From positions 160,001-224,000 of IMG/VR virus record IMGVR_UViG_3300045988_174371: 64,000 nt of DNA, one strand, 5' to 3'. Both the position numbers and the translations under genes were made by a program. This document shows, piece by piece, positions 1 through 8,484 of the stretch. Every line of letters starts with the position of its first letter. Within the stretch, counting starts at the first letter, position 1. The notes beneath the pieces were generated by a model. The model was not told where the DNA came from. It ran no database searches and worked only from the letters and a program-made list of their open reading frames with translations. Source of the DNA: a virus.

Positions 1-2
1 TG

Positions 3-143
3 TGGTTGTGCACTGATGACCGTATGGTGATGAGAGTGAATGAGTGGGCGGAGGCGAACGGGTGTGCTGAGCGTATTCGCGCTGTTCGTTTGTGTCGCCC
101 TGATGGGTCGGTGTTTGAGGGTATCTCGTCGTTTGAGTTTTAG
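3..143 (+). CDS. 3' end of an unidentified + strand gene (partial, runs off left edge)
   Basis: Frame open from window edge to TAG 141-143 (...RVNEWAEANGCAERIRAVRLCRPDGSVFEGISSFEF*). T/G-ending codons like other + strand genes. A strong terminator follows. Too short for the ORF track. Confidence 0.3.
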   Translation, partial: WLCTDDRMVMRVNEWAEANGCAERIRAVRLCRPDGSVFEGISSFEF

Positions 144-158
144 TGTGTCGAGGTAAAC

Positions 159-209
159 AAAAAAGCGAAGCCCTGAACCATTGATGAAGGTTCAGGGCTT
201 CGCTTTTTT
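159..209. terminator. bidirectional rho-independent terminator
   Basis: Perfect 15-bp stem GCGAAGCCCTGAACC (165-179) / GGTTCAGGGCTTCGC (189-203), 9-nt loop, A-run 159-164 and T-run 204-209. Confidence 0.7.
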
Positions 210-305
210 GTTTTGGGTGCAATGCCTCAATGTCCTTAGGGTTTGGCGCTCGAATCCTTACCCATTGGGAGCCTGCCTAGTGGCGCTGGTGAGGTTTTAA
301 TTGTC
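159..305 (-). ncRNA. candidate small transcript (promoter-like motif to terminator, ~145 nt)
   Basis: The TCTGATATAC motif at 313-322 (minus) points leftward into the hairpin + U-run at 203-159. Only a 9-codon ORF lies inside. Confidence 0.2.
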
Positions 306-312
306 TTTGTTG

Positions 313-322
313 GTATATCAGA
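313..322 (-). promoter_or_regulatory. extended -10-like motif TCTGATATAC
   Basis: Variant of the TCTGCTATA motif that recurs in this window. Lies downstream of the 369-419 hairpin. Confidence 0.3.
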
Positions 323-368
323 GGTTACTGAATTTCAAGGCGGCTTAGAGGGGTGTTTTGGGGCGCGT

Positions 369-419
369 GTAAAGGTGGTATCCATACCAAATTTTGGTTA
401 GAGTGGATACCACCTTTAC
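369..419 (-). terminator. hairpin downstream of the PilT-like gene
   Basis: 16-bp inverted repeat GTAAAGGTGGTATCCA / TGGATACCACCTTTAC starting 11 nt after the stop at 430. No clear U-run. Confidence 0.45.
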
Positions 420-429
420 TTATGAGGTG

Positions 430-1989
430 CTAGATTTTCTCTAGCTCCTCCGGCGGGTAGTTGAACTGCTCACCGTTTGCCTCTGCTGTGCGAATGAGGG
501 TCATGAACCTGTGGGGGTCAGGGGCGTGCTCTAGGGCATCCTTGACGTAGCAGGGACCTGTTTCTGCGCGGCAAAGTTCCATTAGGATAGAGCACATGTC
601 TTTACCTACAGATTGTAGGTCTCGGCGGATGTACTCGAAGTTTCCAGTCTTAATTGCTTCGATGAGCTCCCTGTCGGATTGTAGAATTTCCAGCACTTCG
701 TGGGCGGGAATCATTCCGCCGTCCATGCGCTTCACCAAGGCTTGCGTCATGAAGACTCGTCCCACGGACGCGATGGATGAGAGTGAGTTCATTCGGAGTG
801 TACCGTCGTCGTTGGTAGCGAGACGTTCCACAATACCTGCGCAGTCCTGAGCGTGAACGGTGGTTAGGGTGAGGTGCCCGGTTTCAGCCGCACGAATGGA
901 TGCTTGAATTTCCTGCTCGGTACGAACCTCACCAATAAGGATGATGTTAGGGTTCTGGCGCATTGCGGACTTAATGCCATTAAGGAATGAGAAGGTGTCG
1001 GTATTTACCTCACGCTGAATGAAAAGGGTTCCGTTGCCGCGCGGGTTGTTACTATCGAAAAGGTATTCGATAGGCTGTTCGATGGTTACGATGGTCATAC
1101 CCATAGGTTCGCCGGTTACAGGGTGCGGCGTTGTAATGTGAAGCTGTATATGCAGGAGGCAAGCCGCCATTGTGGTTGATTTACCACTGCCGGTTACACC
1201 CCCGATGACGAGCATACCTGACTTCTGCCTAAGCGCCGCGATGAACGCTTCGGGGATGTTGTAGTTCTCAGGCTCCAAGATGTCTGTTGCCAGGAGACGG
1301 AAAACCAAGTTGATGCTGTCGCCAGGAGACACGTAGGTTACGCTGAGGCGGCAACGTCTGCCGGTGTACTTTCCTTTGGGGATGGTGTACGAGATGTCTA
1401 GTTCTCGGTCTGCCATGAACGTAGTCTTGGATGCGGTGATGGTTGCCGCCGTGAGGATTCTACCGAGGTCGCTACGGCTAGGTTCTGGTAGCTGTCGGTA
1501 AGGCATAAGTCCGTTATTGATTTTAAATCGGATAGCGGTCTCTGGCTGAATGTATACGTCACTAGCACCCATGTCGTATGCGTCGCTGAGGATACTACTA
1601 AGCGGGAAGCCGGGAGCTTCTTCATGGCTAACGGGTATGGACTTGCGAAGGTTGCTACGTTCCCCTTCACGCTCAACTGCCCCATATTTATCAATGGTTG
1701 CGGCGGCGATGTCTTTACTGGTTACGACGCTTACCTTCGCCTGAGATGAGGTTTCCTGCTTTACTTTCTGGAGGATTTCTTCAAGGAGCGCTTCGTGGTC
1801 GATGGGAGTGGCGACCACCTCCGCGCTTTCGGCAGAGCTAGGCTCTTCGGCAGGCGGAGGGGTGGGGTCTTCAGCGTATTGGGAGATAGTGGAGCTGAGG
1901 TTTTTAAGGCGTGCTTCCTCAGCGTTTGCGTCTCTTGAAGGGTTGAGATTATTCTGCTTGAGCGCAGATAGGGAGATGGGGGCAGGCAT
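430..1989 (-). CDS. PilT/GspE-family (T2SSE, VirB11-like) secretion ATPase
   Basis: 519 aa. Walker A GGVTGSGKSTT, then EQPIEY, IQREV, ILIGEVR, AAETGHL, TTVHA in the PilT order. Disordered P/E-rich N-terminus. Confidence 0.85.
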   Translation of the reverse strand: MPAPISLSALKQNNLNPSRDANAEEARLKNLSSTISQYAEDPTPPPAEEPSSAESAEVVATPIDHEALLEEILQKVKQETSSQAKVSVVTSKDIAAATIDKYGAVEREGERSNLRKSIPVSHEEAPGFPLSSILSDAYDMGASDVYIQPETAIRFKINNGLMPYRQLPEPSRSDLGRILTAATITASKTTFMADRELDISYTIPKGKYTGRRCRLSVTYVSPGDSINLVFRLLATDILEPENYNIPEAFIAALRQKSGMLVIGGVTGSGKSTTMAACLLHIQLHITTPHPVTGEPMGMTIVTIEQPIEYLFDSNNPRGNGTLFIQREVNTDTFSFLNGIKSAMRQNPNIILIGEVRTEQEIQASIRAAETGHLTLTTVHAQDCAGIVERLATNDDGTLRMNSLSSIASVGRVFMTQALVKRMDGGMIPAHEVLEILQSDRELIEAIKTGNFEYIRRDLQSVGKDMCSILMELCRAETGPCYVKDALEHAPDPHRFMTLIRTAEANGEQFNYPPEELEKI

Positions 1990-2116
1990 TGTCTGGCGTG
2001 TCCTTTCAGGCGGTGTGCAGGTGGTTAGTTTTCAGACCTACATAACGTATATCTGAACACTCTTTTTTGCTATGGCTTCCATGTAGGTTTCCGTCTAGTT
2101 TTGGGGGCGTTTCGGC

Positions 2117-2590
2117 ATGTTGAGCAGGTTTTTGGGGCTTTGGTGGGTGCGTTCTAGCGCCCTATTTTTTGTGCCTAAAGAGGGCGAGAAGTGGGGTACT
2201 TTCTGTGGGAGGGTAGGACTTATTGCAGGGCTAGGATTAAGTGTTGCTCTTGGGGGTTTGGGGAAGCTGTTGGGGATGTCTGGCTGGGTTGATGCTTGGG
2301 ACTTCTTGGGCGGCTGGAGTGTGGTATTTTTCGCTGTCGCTGTCGGGTTAATTGGCATTGGGGCGCTATTTAGCCCCGCTGAGGAAGCTATTGTTCCTTC
2401 TAGCGGGGCTAAATCTGCGGGCAATACTGCGCGGAAGCGTAAGAAGAGCCGCAAAGTTCCGCCTCAGCAAGCACAAGTTGTTCCTCCGCACAGCATTGCT
2501 GATGACGAACCTACTATTCCGCTAATGTATGGCGAGGTGGATGCAACTATCCCTCTTCCTGCGAACTATAGGTTTGACATGCTGAAATAG
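2117..2590 (+). CDS. hypothetical two-TM protein (uncertain; competes with antisense ORF 2095-2454)
   Basis: 157 aa. T/G-ending codons like the other + strand genes, non-repetitive basic C-terminus, GGGGG 8 nt upstream of the ATG, TTTTTGCTATGG motif ~45 nt upstream. Confidence 0.3.
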   Translation: MLSRFLGLWWVRSSALFFVPKEGEKWGTFCGRVGLIAGLGLSVALGGLGKLLGMSGWVDAWDFLGGWSVVFFAVAVGLIGIGALFSPAEEAIVPSSGAKSAGNTARKRKKSRKVPPQQAQVVPPHSIADDEPTIPLMYGEVDATIPLPANYRFDMLK

Positions 2591-4311
2591 TCTTCCAGCT
2601 CTTTAGTGGTTTCTGGGCTGAATAGGTTGTACCCTGTCCCCCGTACAATGTCGTATGCGAGGATGGACATGCCCTCAGAGTAGCCCTTATTATTCAGCAG
2701 GTAATTGAATCCACCGGGTAGGCTGACGTTCACAGCGTCGAGGGCGGCTTCATGCAGGTAGGGCACGCCTGTGAGCACGGGGATTCCGTTGATACTGTAG
2801 TCGGCTACCTGCCAGAATCCGAGCGCAGAGCCTTTCTTGACGATATGGTCTGGCTCTATCTTGTTCACGAAGATTCTTATACGGCGCGGGTTCATGCCAC
2901 CACCGCCACGTTTTACCGACCCTAACCCATAGGTGAACTGCCTTTTCATGGTGTCCAGCGGGATAGGGTATGGTTCTGCAACATAGAACAGCTTATGCGT
3001 GAGTGGGTATGCGCACAGCGTCATGTAAGGGTCTGCAAGTTGCACTGACGTGTCAATGATGACTACATCATAATGCTCTCTGAGGATGCTGATGATGGCG
3101 CGGTAGAAGTTTGGGTCTAGGTCGTTGAGGTCGCGAGGGTCTTCAGGAGCGAGTAGCGTATCATACCCTACTCGCTCATTCTGAACGATGTACTTCTCAA
3201 TGATGCGCCAGTCCTTCTCCTTATCTTCCCCTAGAGCCCTATGCTCACCGTTCATAGTCGCTTCGTACAGCTCATTGAAGATGCCCACTACTGTCTTGCT
3301 TTGGTCACTAGTATTGAAGCCTACCTGACCGTCTTGCAGGTCGAGGTCTACTACGATAACTTTCAATGCGTGTTTAGCGTATCCGTAAGCTTCCGCTTCT
3401 TTACCCCATGTGGTGAGGGCGTGGGCGATACCTAGCGATGTGGTAGTTTTACCTGTACCACCCTTCTTAGATGTTACGGTGATGACTCGCCCAAGATAGG
3501 GGGAACCGTCGATGTGCGTCTCATCAGGGTCTATTTCGTCCTGGATAGCCGCCAAGTCTGGATTGGTACGGGACTCTAGGATGCCTCGGAACGCTAGTAC
3601 GGGGTCTGCGTAAGAGGGCGGGTTTGCGAGAAACAGCTGAAGCATCTCGTAGAATTGCATTGCGATGTAGCTCTCAGGGACGCTCTCCCAGGGTGCTTCA
3701 GGGTTACCGGGAACCATGCGCGTCATTTCGATGTTGTACGTGGTGTAGGGTAGACCTTCGTTGTACAGCATGTTCTTCACGGCAGTGTTGATGGCGTAAA
3801 GCTGGCTGTGTTCGTTTGCGTCGCTAGGCTCTTCAAGCACGAATATTGGTGTTTCTACCATGATGTCTGCCATGATGCGTAGAACATTAGGCACCTGCTG
3901 AGGGTTGCGGAGACTGTTTCGGCGTAGTTCGATGTAGTAATCCGAATGCACAACAATAGCGTCCATAGTGTTAGAGATTGACGGCAATTCGGAGTGAATA
4001 TCGTTCCAGAGGTATTCAATGGTAGGGCATACACCAATGATTTCAGGGAACAGCAACTTATCCACGTCTTCAGGAGTTACCCCATAGAGGCTTGGTGAGT
4101 CTTTCAAGGGCGCTAGAGGTCCTTCGCCAGGGACAACCGGAGGCATTAGGAGCTTCAGCGTCTCACGGTAGAAAGCGGCATCTAGAACTTCGTCGGAGGC
4201 TTCAGAATCTAGCGGCTTGCGTGGGTTCTTGAGCTTGCTAAACTGTTCCGTACCAGAGATGTAGACAATGTTTGGCTTCTGGTAAAGCTTACGATTGGTG
4301 TTCGTCGCCAT
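2566..4311 (-). CDS. ParA/MinD-fold ATPase with long N-terminal extension (TadZ/CpaE-like)
   Basis: 581 aa. Deviant Walker A TSKKGGTGKTTTS, VVDLDLQ, VVIIDTS. The ~270-aa N-terminal domain and the adjacency to the PilT-like ATPase suggest a TadZ-type role (inference). Confidence 0.6.
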   Translation of the reverse strand: MATNTNRKLYQKPNIVYISGTEQFSKLKNPRKPLDSEASDEVLDAAFYRETLKLLMPPVVPGEGPLAPLKDSPSLYGVTPEDVDKLLFPEIIGVCPTIEYLWNDIHSELPSISNTMDAIVVHSDYYIELRRNSLRNPQQVPNVLRIMADIMVETPIFVLEEPSDANEHSQLYAINTAVKNMLYNEGLPYTTYNIEMTRMVPGNPEAPWESVPESYIAMQFYEMLQLFLANPPSYADPVLAFRGILESRTNPDLAAIQDEIDPDETHIDGSPYLGRVITVTSKKGGTGKTTTSLGIAHALTTWGKEAEAYGYAKHALKVIVVDLDLQDGQVGFNTSDQSKTVVGIFNELYEATMNGEHRALGEDKEKDWRIIEKYIVQNERVGYDTLLAPEDPRDLNDLDPNFYRAIISILREHYDVVIIDTSVQLADPYMTLCAYPLTHKLFYVAEPYPIPLDTMKRQFTYGLGSVKRGGGGMNPRRIRIFVNKIEPDHIVKKGSALGFWQVADYSINGIPVLTGVPYLHEAALDAVNVSLPGGFNYLLNNKGYSEGMSILAYDIVRGTGYNLFSPETTKELEDYFSMSNL

Positions 4312-4335
4312 GTGGTTCTCCTGAAATGGTTAGTT

Positions 4336-5610
4336 CTAGGTAATCTGTTGCTGGTGGGCTTCGTCGTAGGGGTTGGAGCTGAATGCCTTCACTAGGCTTG
4401 GTAGCCAGACTACGATTTGGACGTATCCACGCCGCTTTCTCATATCCTGCATGATGCAACTGCCTTTACCTGGCAAGTTTGCTATCGCATCGATGACTTG
4501 GCGGGCATCGTCGCTCAGCTCCTTCCCGTCAGTTTTGAGACCCATAGCTCTTGCGCCTACCTTTGCGTCGTCGCGCGAGTTTGCGAACGCGAAGTGGGTG
4601 CTAATGAGGGATACGTCGAGTCCGGTTGAGGCATTGAAGATATGGGCGTAGCTCTGAGTTCCAAGGACTAGCGCTAGGTTATTGGAACGCCCGAGAAGTG
4701 CCGTTGATTTGATGAGGTTAGCCCCCGACTGATTGGCAATAATTGACCACGCCTCATCGATTGCTACAACCTTCTTGATGTTCTTGGGCATCCTTGACAT
4801 GCTTTGCCTGACCAGTAGGGTAATCATGGTTAGGATTGCCTGCCCCACTGCCTTGCTTGGGTCTTTGAGGTCTACAATGGTTTTCGGAAGCTCATTGAGG
4901 CGAGAGAGGTCGATGACGGTGACACCGGGAGCGAACTTGAAGTATCGGGCAGGCTTACGGTCTGGCTCTGAAAGCAGGGTAACTCCTGCGCCTTCACTCA
5001 GAGTGTTGATGAGGGTTAGCGCGATGCCTTTCAGTTGCTCGTTGCCCGTGTCACTTGCAACCTTAATGAGCATGTTCAAGAAGACATCCATGCTTTTATC
5101 GTGCGGGCGTGACTTAATTACGTCTGTTATGGTTGCTTCTACCCAAGGGCGAACCGCATTGTCAGAGAGAGCATCTGGGACAATTGCGTGCATCATTGCG
5201 TGGACTGCGTTGCGTATGTCTGCTTTTGCATCCTCGGGTTTTTCTGCATTGTCGAAGATGACGAATGGGTCTAGGATGCCGACATTATTGGGGTCACTAG
5301 GGTCAATAGTCTTGATATTGCATGGCACGCCTAGGGTGTCTTCAATATTGATAATCTTGAGTAGGTCACCCTTCCAGTCGATGCCCACCACAGCGGCTCC
5401 TTGCAGGGCGGCAAGTGAAAGTATCCAAAGCATCCCGAAGGTTTTACCGCTACCTGGCTGTCCCGTGAATAGAGTTACGGGCGGCTTGTCGTTCAGGTTG
5501 GCGGCGTGTAGGTCGAAGAACACTGGGATGTCAGCTCTGAGGTTTGCACCAATTGCGTTAGGCTGTCCATACTTGTAGCTGTTGGTGCTCGCTTCTTCGT
5601 TGGTGCTCAT
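4336..5610 (-). CDS. VirB4/TraC-type ATPase, C-terminal (motor) domain only
   Basis: 424 aa. FTGQPGSGKTF (Walker A), VVAIDEAWS (Walker B), LVLGTQS. 4-nt overlap with the upstream VirB3-like gene. Confidence 0.65.
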   Translation of the reverse strand: MSTNEEASTNSYKYGQPNAIGANLRADIPVFFDLHAANLNDKPPVTLFTGQPGSGKTFGMLWILSLAALQGAAVVGIDWKGDLLKIINIEDTLGVPCNIKTIDPSDPNNVGILDPFVIFDNAEKPEDAKADIRNAVHAMMHAIVPDALSDNAVRPWVEATITDVIKSRPHDKSMDVFLNMLIKVASDTGNEQLKGIALTLINTLSEGAGVTLLSEPDRKPARYFKFAPGVTVIDLSRLNELPKTIVDLKDPSKAVGQAILTMITLLVRQSMSRMPKNIKKVVAIDEAWSIIANQSGANLIKSTALLGRSNNLALVLGTQSYAHIFNASTGLDVSLISTHFAFANSRDDAKVGARAMGLKTDGKELSDDARQVIDAIANLPGKGSCIMQDMRKRRGYVQIVVWLPSLVKAFSSNPYDEAHQQQIT

Positions 5611-6116
5611 TTTTTGGGCTCCCCCTTATTCTTCCGTGGTTGCGCCTTCTTCTTAGGCTTATATTTCTTCTCGGTCTGCTGTAGCTCGTAAAGAGCGTCG
5701 TATGAGCGGTTAGATACCTGAACCATGCTTGAGATGCGGTATACTCGCTTCGCGTTGGGGTCGTATTCAATGCCGTCTAGGTAGCCGCGCGCTTGCTTCT
5801 TCCATTGGCGCTTAGCAAGCAGGTATTTACCTGCTGTCATGCCGTCAAACTTTTCGGAAGTGTCACCTAGCTTCTTGCCTGCGTAGATACCAATTACTAG
5901 CGCGGGTGCCCATGCCCAGAGTAGGGTGATGATGATAGCTATCCCGAAGAGGATGAGTAGAAGAACTGCGAGTCCTACATATATGCCGAGTGCCAAACAT
6001 GCAATCCAAATGAACTGCGTCTGAGAGATGGGCTTACTGAACGTGTAGCCGCCAAATTCCCAGAACTGGTTGTCGCGCGCGAACACTTCGGTCGCGTTAT
6101 CGATTCGAATACTCAC
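5607..6116 (-). CDS. VirB3/PrgI/TcpE-like small membrane protein
   Basis: 169 aa. GTG start with GAGGGGG RBS, two adjacent TM helices, basic tail. Sits immediately upstream of the VirB4-type ATPase. Confidence 0.4.
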   Translation of the reverse strand: MSIRIDNATEVFARDNQFWEFGGYTFSKPISQTQFIWIACLALGIYVGLAVLLLILFGIAIIITLLWAWAPALVIGIYAGKKLGDTSEKFDGMTAGKYLLAKRQWKKQARGYLDGIEYDPNAKRVYRISSMVQVSNRSYDALYELQQTEKKYKPKKKAQPRKNKGEPKK

Positions 6117-6199
6117 AAGAGCGCCCCCTCAGGCATGTAGTACGGATGATTATAAAGGCATCACATATTACATAGCTGAGAGGGCGCTCTTTAAGAGGT

Positions 6200-6919
6200 C
6201 TACCACTTGAGCTCTACTGGCTCTGGTGTGGGGTCGTCTGGTGATGGGATGTGCACTTCTAGCGGGTAATCTGGCTCTTGTTCTGCTGTCGGGAGCAGTT
6301 TTGCGGCGGCGGTTTTAGCTTTCTTCGCCTCTGCTTTGCGCTCTTCACGGGCGATAAGCTTATAGTATTGGGTTACGCCGTCGTTGGGGTCGGTCTTACC
6401 GTCCTGGGGAACGATAGGGATTTTGTGGTCGGGGTCGATTTGCCATTGCTCGGCAATTTCTTCCAGCTCAGGTCGTTCTACTGCCTTGGTGATGTATCCT
6501 GCGGGGTCTACTTCGGTTATGGTGAGGTGGAAGCGGCGGTATCGGGTGAGGGCTCCGGGCGGGTTCTTCCACACCCCTCCGTAGGCGAAGGTGGTCTCTA
6601 CTAGGTGTTTCGCATCGTCGTCTTCCCACCAGCGCCCGGTGAAGCCGTCGAGTATTGGCTTTAGTACAGGGGCGTAGTTTGCGGGGTCTAGGTGCGTACC
6701 GCCACCCATGCCTAGTACCTCGAATCGGGCGGTATAGTGTTTCAGCGGCGTGAAGTCTGGGTGTTTCTCTAGGTACTGTGAGGCATGGTTAGAAGCGATA
6801 CCTCGTAATGCTTTGAATGCGGCGGCACGGACGAATGGGGAGATGCGCGCGTTCTCTGTAATAACCATGTGCGTTGGTATGTCGAGTACCATGTCGATTA
6901 CTTGTGGCTTGCGAGGCAT
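6200..6919 (-). CDS. RusA-like Holliday junction resolvase domain protein
   Basis: 239 aa. DPANYAPVLKPILDGF...WWEDDDAKHL resembles the RusA D-x-x-N...K...D...DD pattern. C-terminal half is unrelated and acidic/P-rich. Confidence 0.4.
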   Translation of the reverse strand: MPRKPQVIDMVLDIPTHMVITENARISPFVRAAAFKALRGIASNHASQYLEKHPDFTPLKHYTARFEVLGMGGGTHLDPANYAPVLKPILDGFTGRWWEDDDAKHLVETTFAYGGVWKNPPGALTRYRRFHLTITEVDPAGYITKAVERPELEEIAEQWQIDPDHKIPIVPQDGKTDPNDGVTQYYKLIAREERKAEAKKAKTAAAKLLPTAEQEPDYPLEVHIPSPDDPTPEPVELKW

Positions 6920-6985
6920 TTCACTCCTTAATATGAGAGGGAGGTGAGAAGCATTAGGTAACAGCTTCCCACCTCCCTGTTGTGG

Positions 6986-7627
6986 CTATAGCGCGTCAAG
7001 CGATACAGCGGAAATTGGCTTGTAGTTGTAGTCGTTGATGTCCTGCGAAAACTCTTCGTAATGCTGAGCGTTTTCGCCAGTATAGTACCCTTCAGGGGGT
7101 TGCGGCACCCCGGCGATAGTGTAGATGAAGTTCTGCGCTATTCTACGAAGAGCAGTGTTTGCGCGAGACTTAATGTCTTGCACCCATGAGTCGATGGCTT
7201 GCGAGTCGCCATCTTCAATATGTGGCTTAATGATGTCGTAAGTTAGCGGGTGGAATAGTTCTTGGGTCTGCCTTACGACATGTTGGATGCGCATACTGGA
7301 TGCGGAGTTCTTGAGATTACGTAGTTGCGCTTCATCTAGGGGCAGGGTAACACGCTGGTTGATGTAGAACATGTAGCCCAGCTGAAGTTCAGCGATAACT
7401 CGGATAAACTCGTTGGTCATATGGTAGACGGTAGAGTCCGGGAAGTTATCAATGGTTTTCAGGTCGTCGGGTAGCAATTCGAAGACCTTCCGTTCAAGGT
7501 CACTTCCGGTATATAGGGCAGTGGATGCGTGACCGGCGGCGGCGTTCCATGTGTCGTCGCGGTTGAATACAGAGTAGACGGGTGCTTCGTATTCTTTCAT
7601 GAAGGGTTTATGCATTAGGTTCCCCAT
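6986..7627 (-). CDS. hypothetical protein
   Basis: 213-aa ORF with ATG at 7627, preceded by the cassette at 7651-7690. No motif recognised. Confidence 0.55.
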   Translation of the reverse strand: MGNLMHKPFMKEYEAPVYSVFNRDDTWNAAAGHASTALYTGSDLERKVFELLPDDLKTIDNFPDSTVYHMTNEFIRVIAELQLGYMFYINQRVTLPLDEAQLRNLKNSASSMRIQHVVRQTQELFHPLTYDIIKPHIEDGDSQAIDSWVQDIKSRANTALRRIAQNFIYTIAGVPQPPEGYYTGENAQHYEEFSQDINDYNYKPISAVSLDAL

Positions 7628-7650
7628 GTTCTATAGGTGGGTTATTACCC

Positions 7651-7690
7651 CATAATGATAGCACACCAGATACGTATCTGGTGTGCTATC
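7651..7690 (-). promoter_or_regulatory. terminator hairpin fused to extended -10-like motif
   Basis: 34-nt perfect palindrome GATAGCACACCAGATAC/GTATCTGGTGTGCTATC (7657-7690). On the minus strand its 3' end reads TGCTATCATTATGG, ~25 nt before ATG 7627. Confidence 0.5.
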
Positions 7691-7707
7691 ATTTGCCGTT
7701 TAGAGGC

Positions 7708-7842
7708 TTATACGTTAGTGTTTCCCAGTACGGCGAGAAGGCTTTGGAGGAAGTCGTGCCCTGGGGGAGTAATTAGAAGTACCGCCACTATCACCACCAG
7801 CACGAATCCGAAGATGATAACGTTCATCAGTTCGTCGTTCAT
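7708..7842 (-). CDS. small membrane peptide (44 aa), not in ORF track
   Basis: MNDELMNVIIFGFVLVVIVAVLLITPPGHDFLQSLLAVLGNTNV. AGGAGG 10 nt upstream of ATG 7842, 5 nt after the upstream stop. One TM helix. Followed by the 7657-7690 palindrome. Confidence 0.45.
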   Translation of the reverse strand: MNDELMNVIIFGFVLVVIVAVLLITPPGHDFLQSLLAVLGNTNV

Positions 7843-7847
7843 TTGTG

Positions 7848-8462
7848 TTATGCCTCCTGGTATGCCTTACCTGTTTTACGAGCCTTCTCAGCCTTTGCGA
7901 TGGTTGCCTTACCATCTTTAGCCTTGCTCTCCATCCTTAGCCAGTGCTTATACTCCTCGTTATCGAGTGCTTCTAGCTCTGCCTGACTCATCTTTGCGGC
8001 GGCTTCCTGCTCCGCTCTCTGTTCTTCCTGGAACGCGGCAAGCTCCTCAGGGGTGTACGACTCTTGCAGGTGAGCTAGGTAGATGGATGCGGCGGCTTCC
8101 AACCCGCCTTCAGCAATAAGGTTCGTGCTAATGGTGACATTGCTGTGCCCGGTACTGCGCACCTTTGATGCTGAGATGGGGATTTCGATACGGTTCTTGC
8201 GGGTGTTGTAGAGGACGGGTGCCCCTGCTTTCAAGAGTCTGAGTAGGTTGTCTACTGCTTCTTGGTTTAGCGCCTGGGTTCGTTTGAATCGGCGGATAGC
8301 GTTGAGTTTCGCCAGCTTTGAGAGACTTGAGAACTCTACCAGGTCGGGGTTTCTTTCAAGGGCGGCTTCTACGTCGGATTGGTCGATGTAGTCGCTGTAA
8401 TAAGCGCGCTGTGGCGGTTTTTTACTCGCCTTTCCTGCTTGTCGTTTCGTTGATTGAGCCAT
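7848..8462 (-). CDS. hypothetical protein (basic N-terminus, E/A/K-rich C-terminus)
   Basis: 204-aa ORF in the operon. No motif recognised. Confidence 0.55.
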   Translation of the reverse strand: MAQSTKRQAGKASKKPPQRAYYSDYIDQSDVEAALERNPDLVEFSSLSKLAKLNAIRRFKRTQALNQEAVDNLLRLLKAGAPVLYNTRKNRIEIPISASKVRSTGHSNVTISTNLIAEGGLEAAASIYLAHLQESYTPEELAAFQEEQRAEQEAAAKMSQAELEALDNEEYKHWLRMESKAKDGKATIAKAEKARKTGKAYQEA

Positions 8463-8484
8463 AGGTTGTTGCCCCTTTTTCTGG

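Noticed and set aside
2095-2454. 119-aa P/S/T-rich minus-strand ORF as the gene filling the 1990-2565 gap
   Set aside because: Not listed as a feature. It is low-complexity, its third-position usage (few T, many A) differs from neighbouring minus-strand genes, and it has a TTG start. It is kept only as the alternative in the ambiguity finding.
6117-6191. Imperfect 16-bp inverted repeat with a 43-nt loop spanning the 6200-6919 / 5607-6116 junction, as another terminator-promoter cassette
   Set aside because: It has one mismatch and a very long loop. The loop contains two competing -10 candidates (TATGTAAT, TATAAT at 6149-6154). It is too ambiguous to call as a discrete feature, so it is listed only as a weaker motif site.
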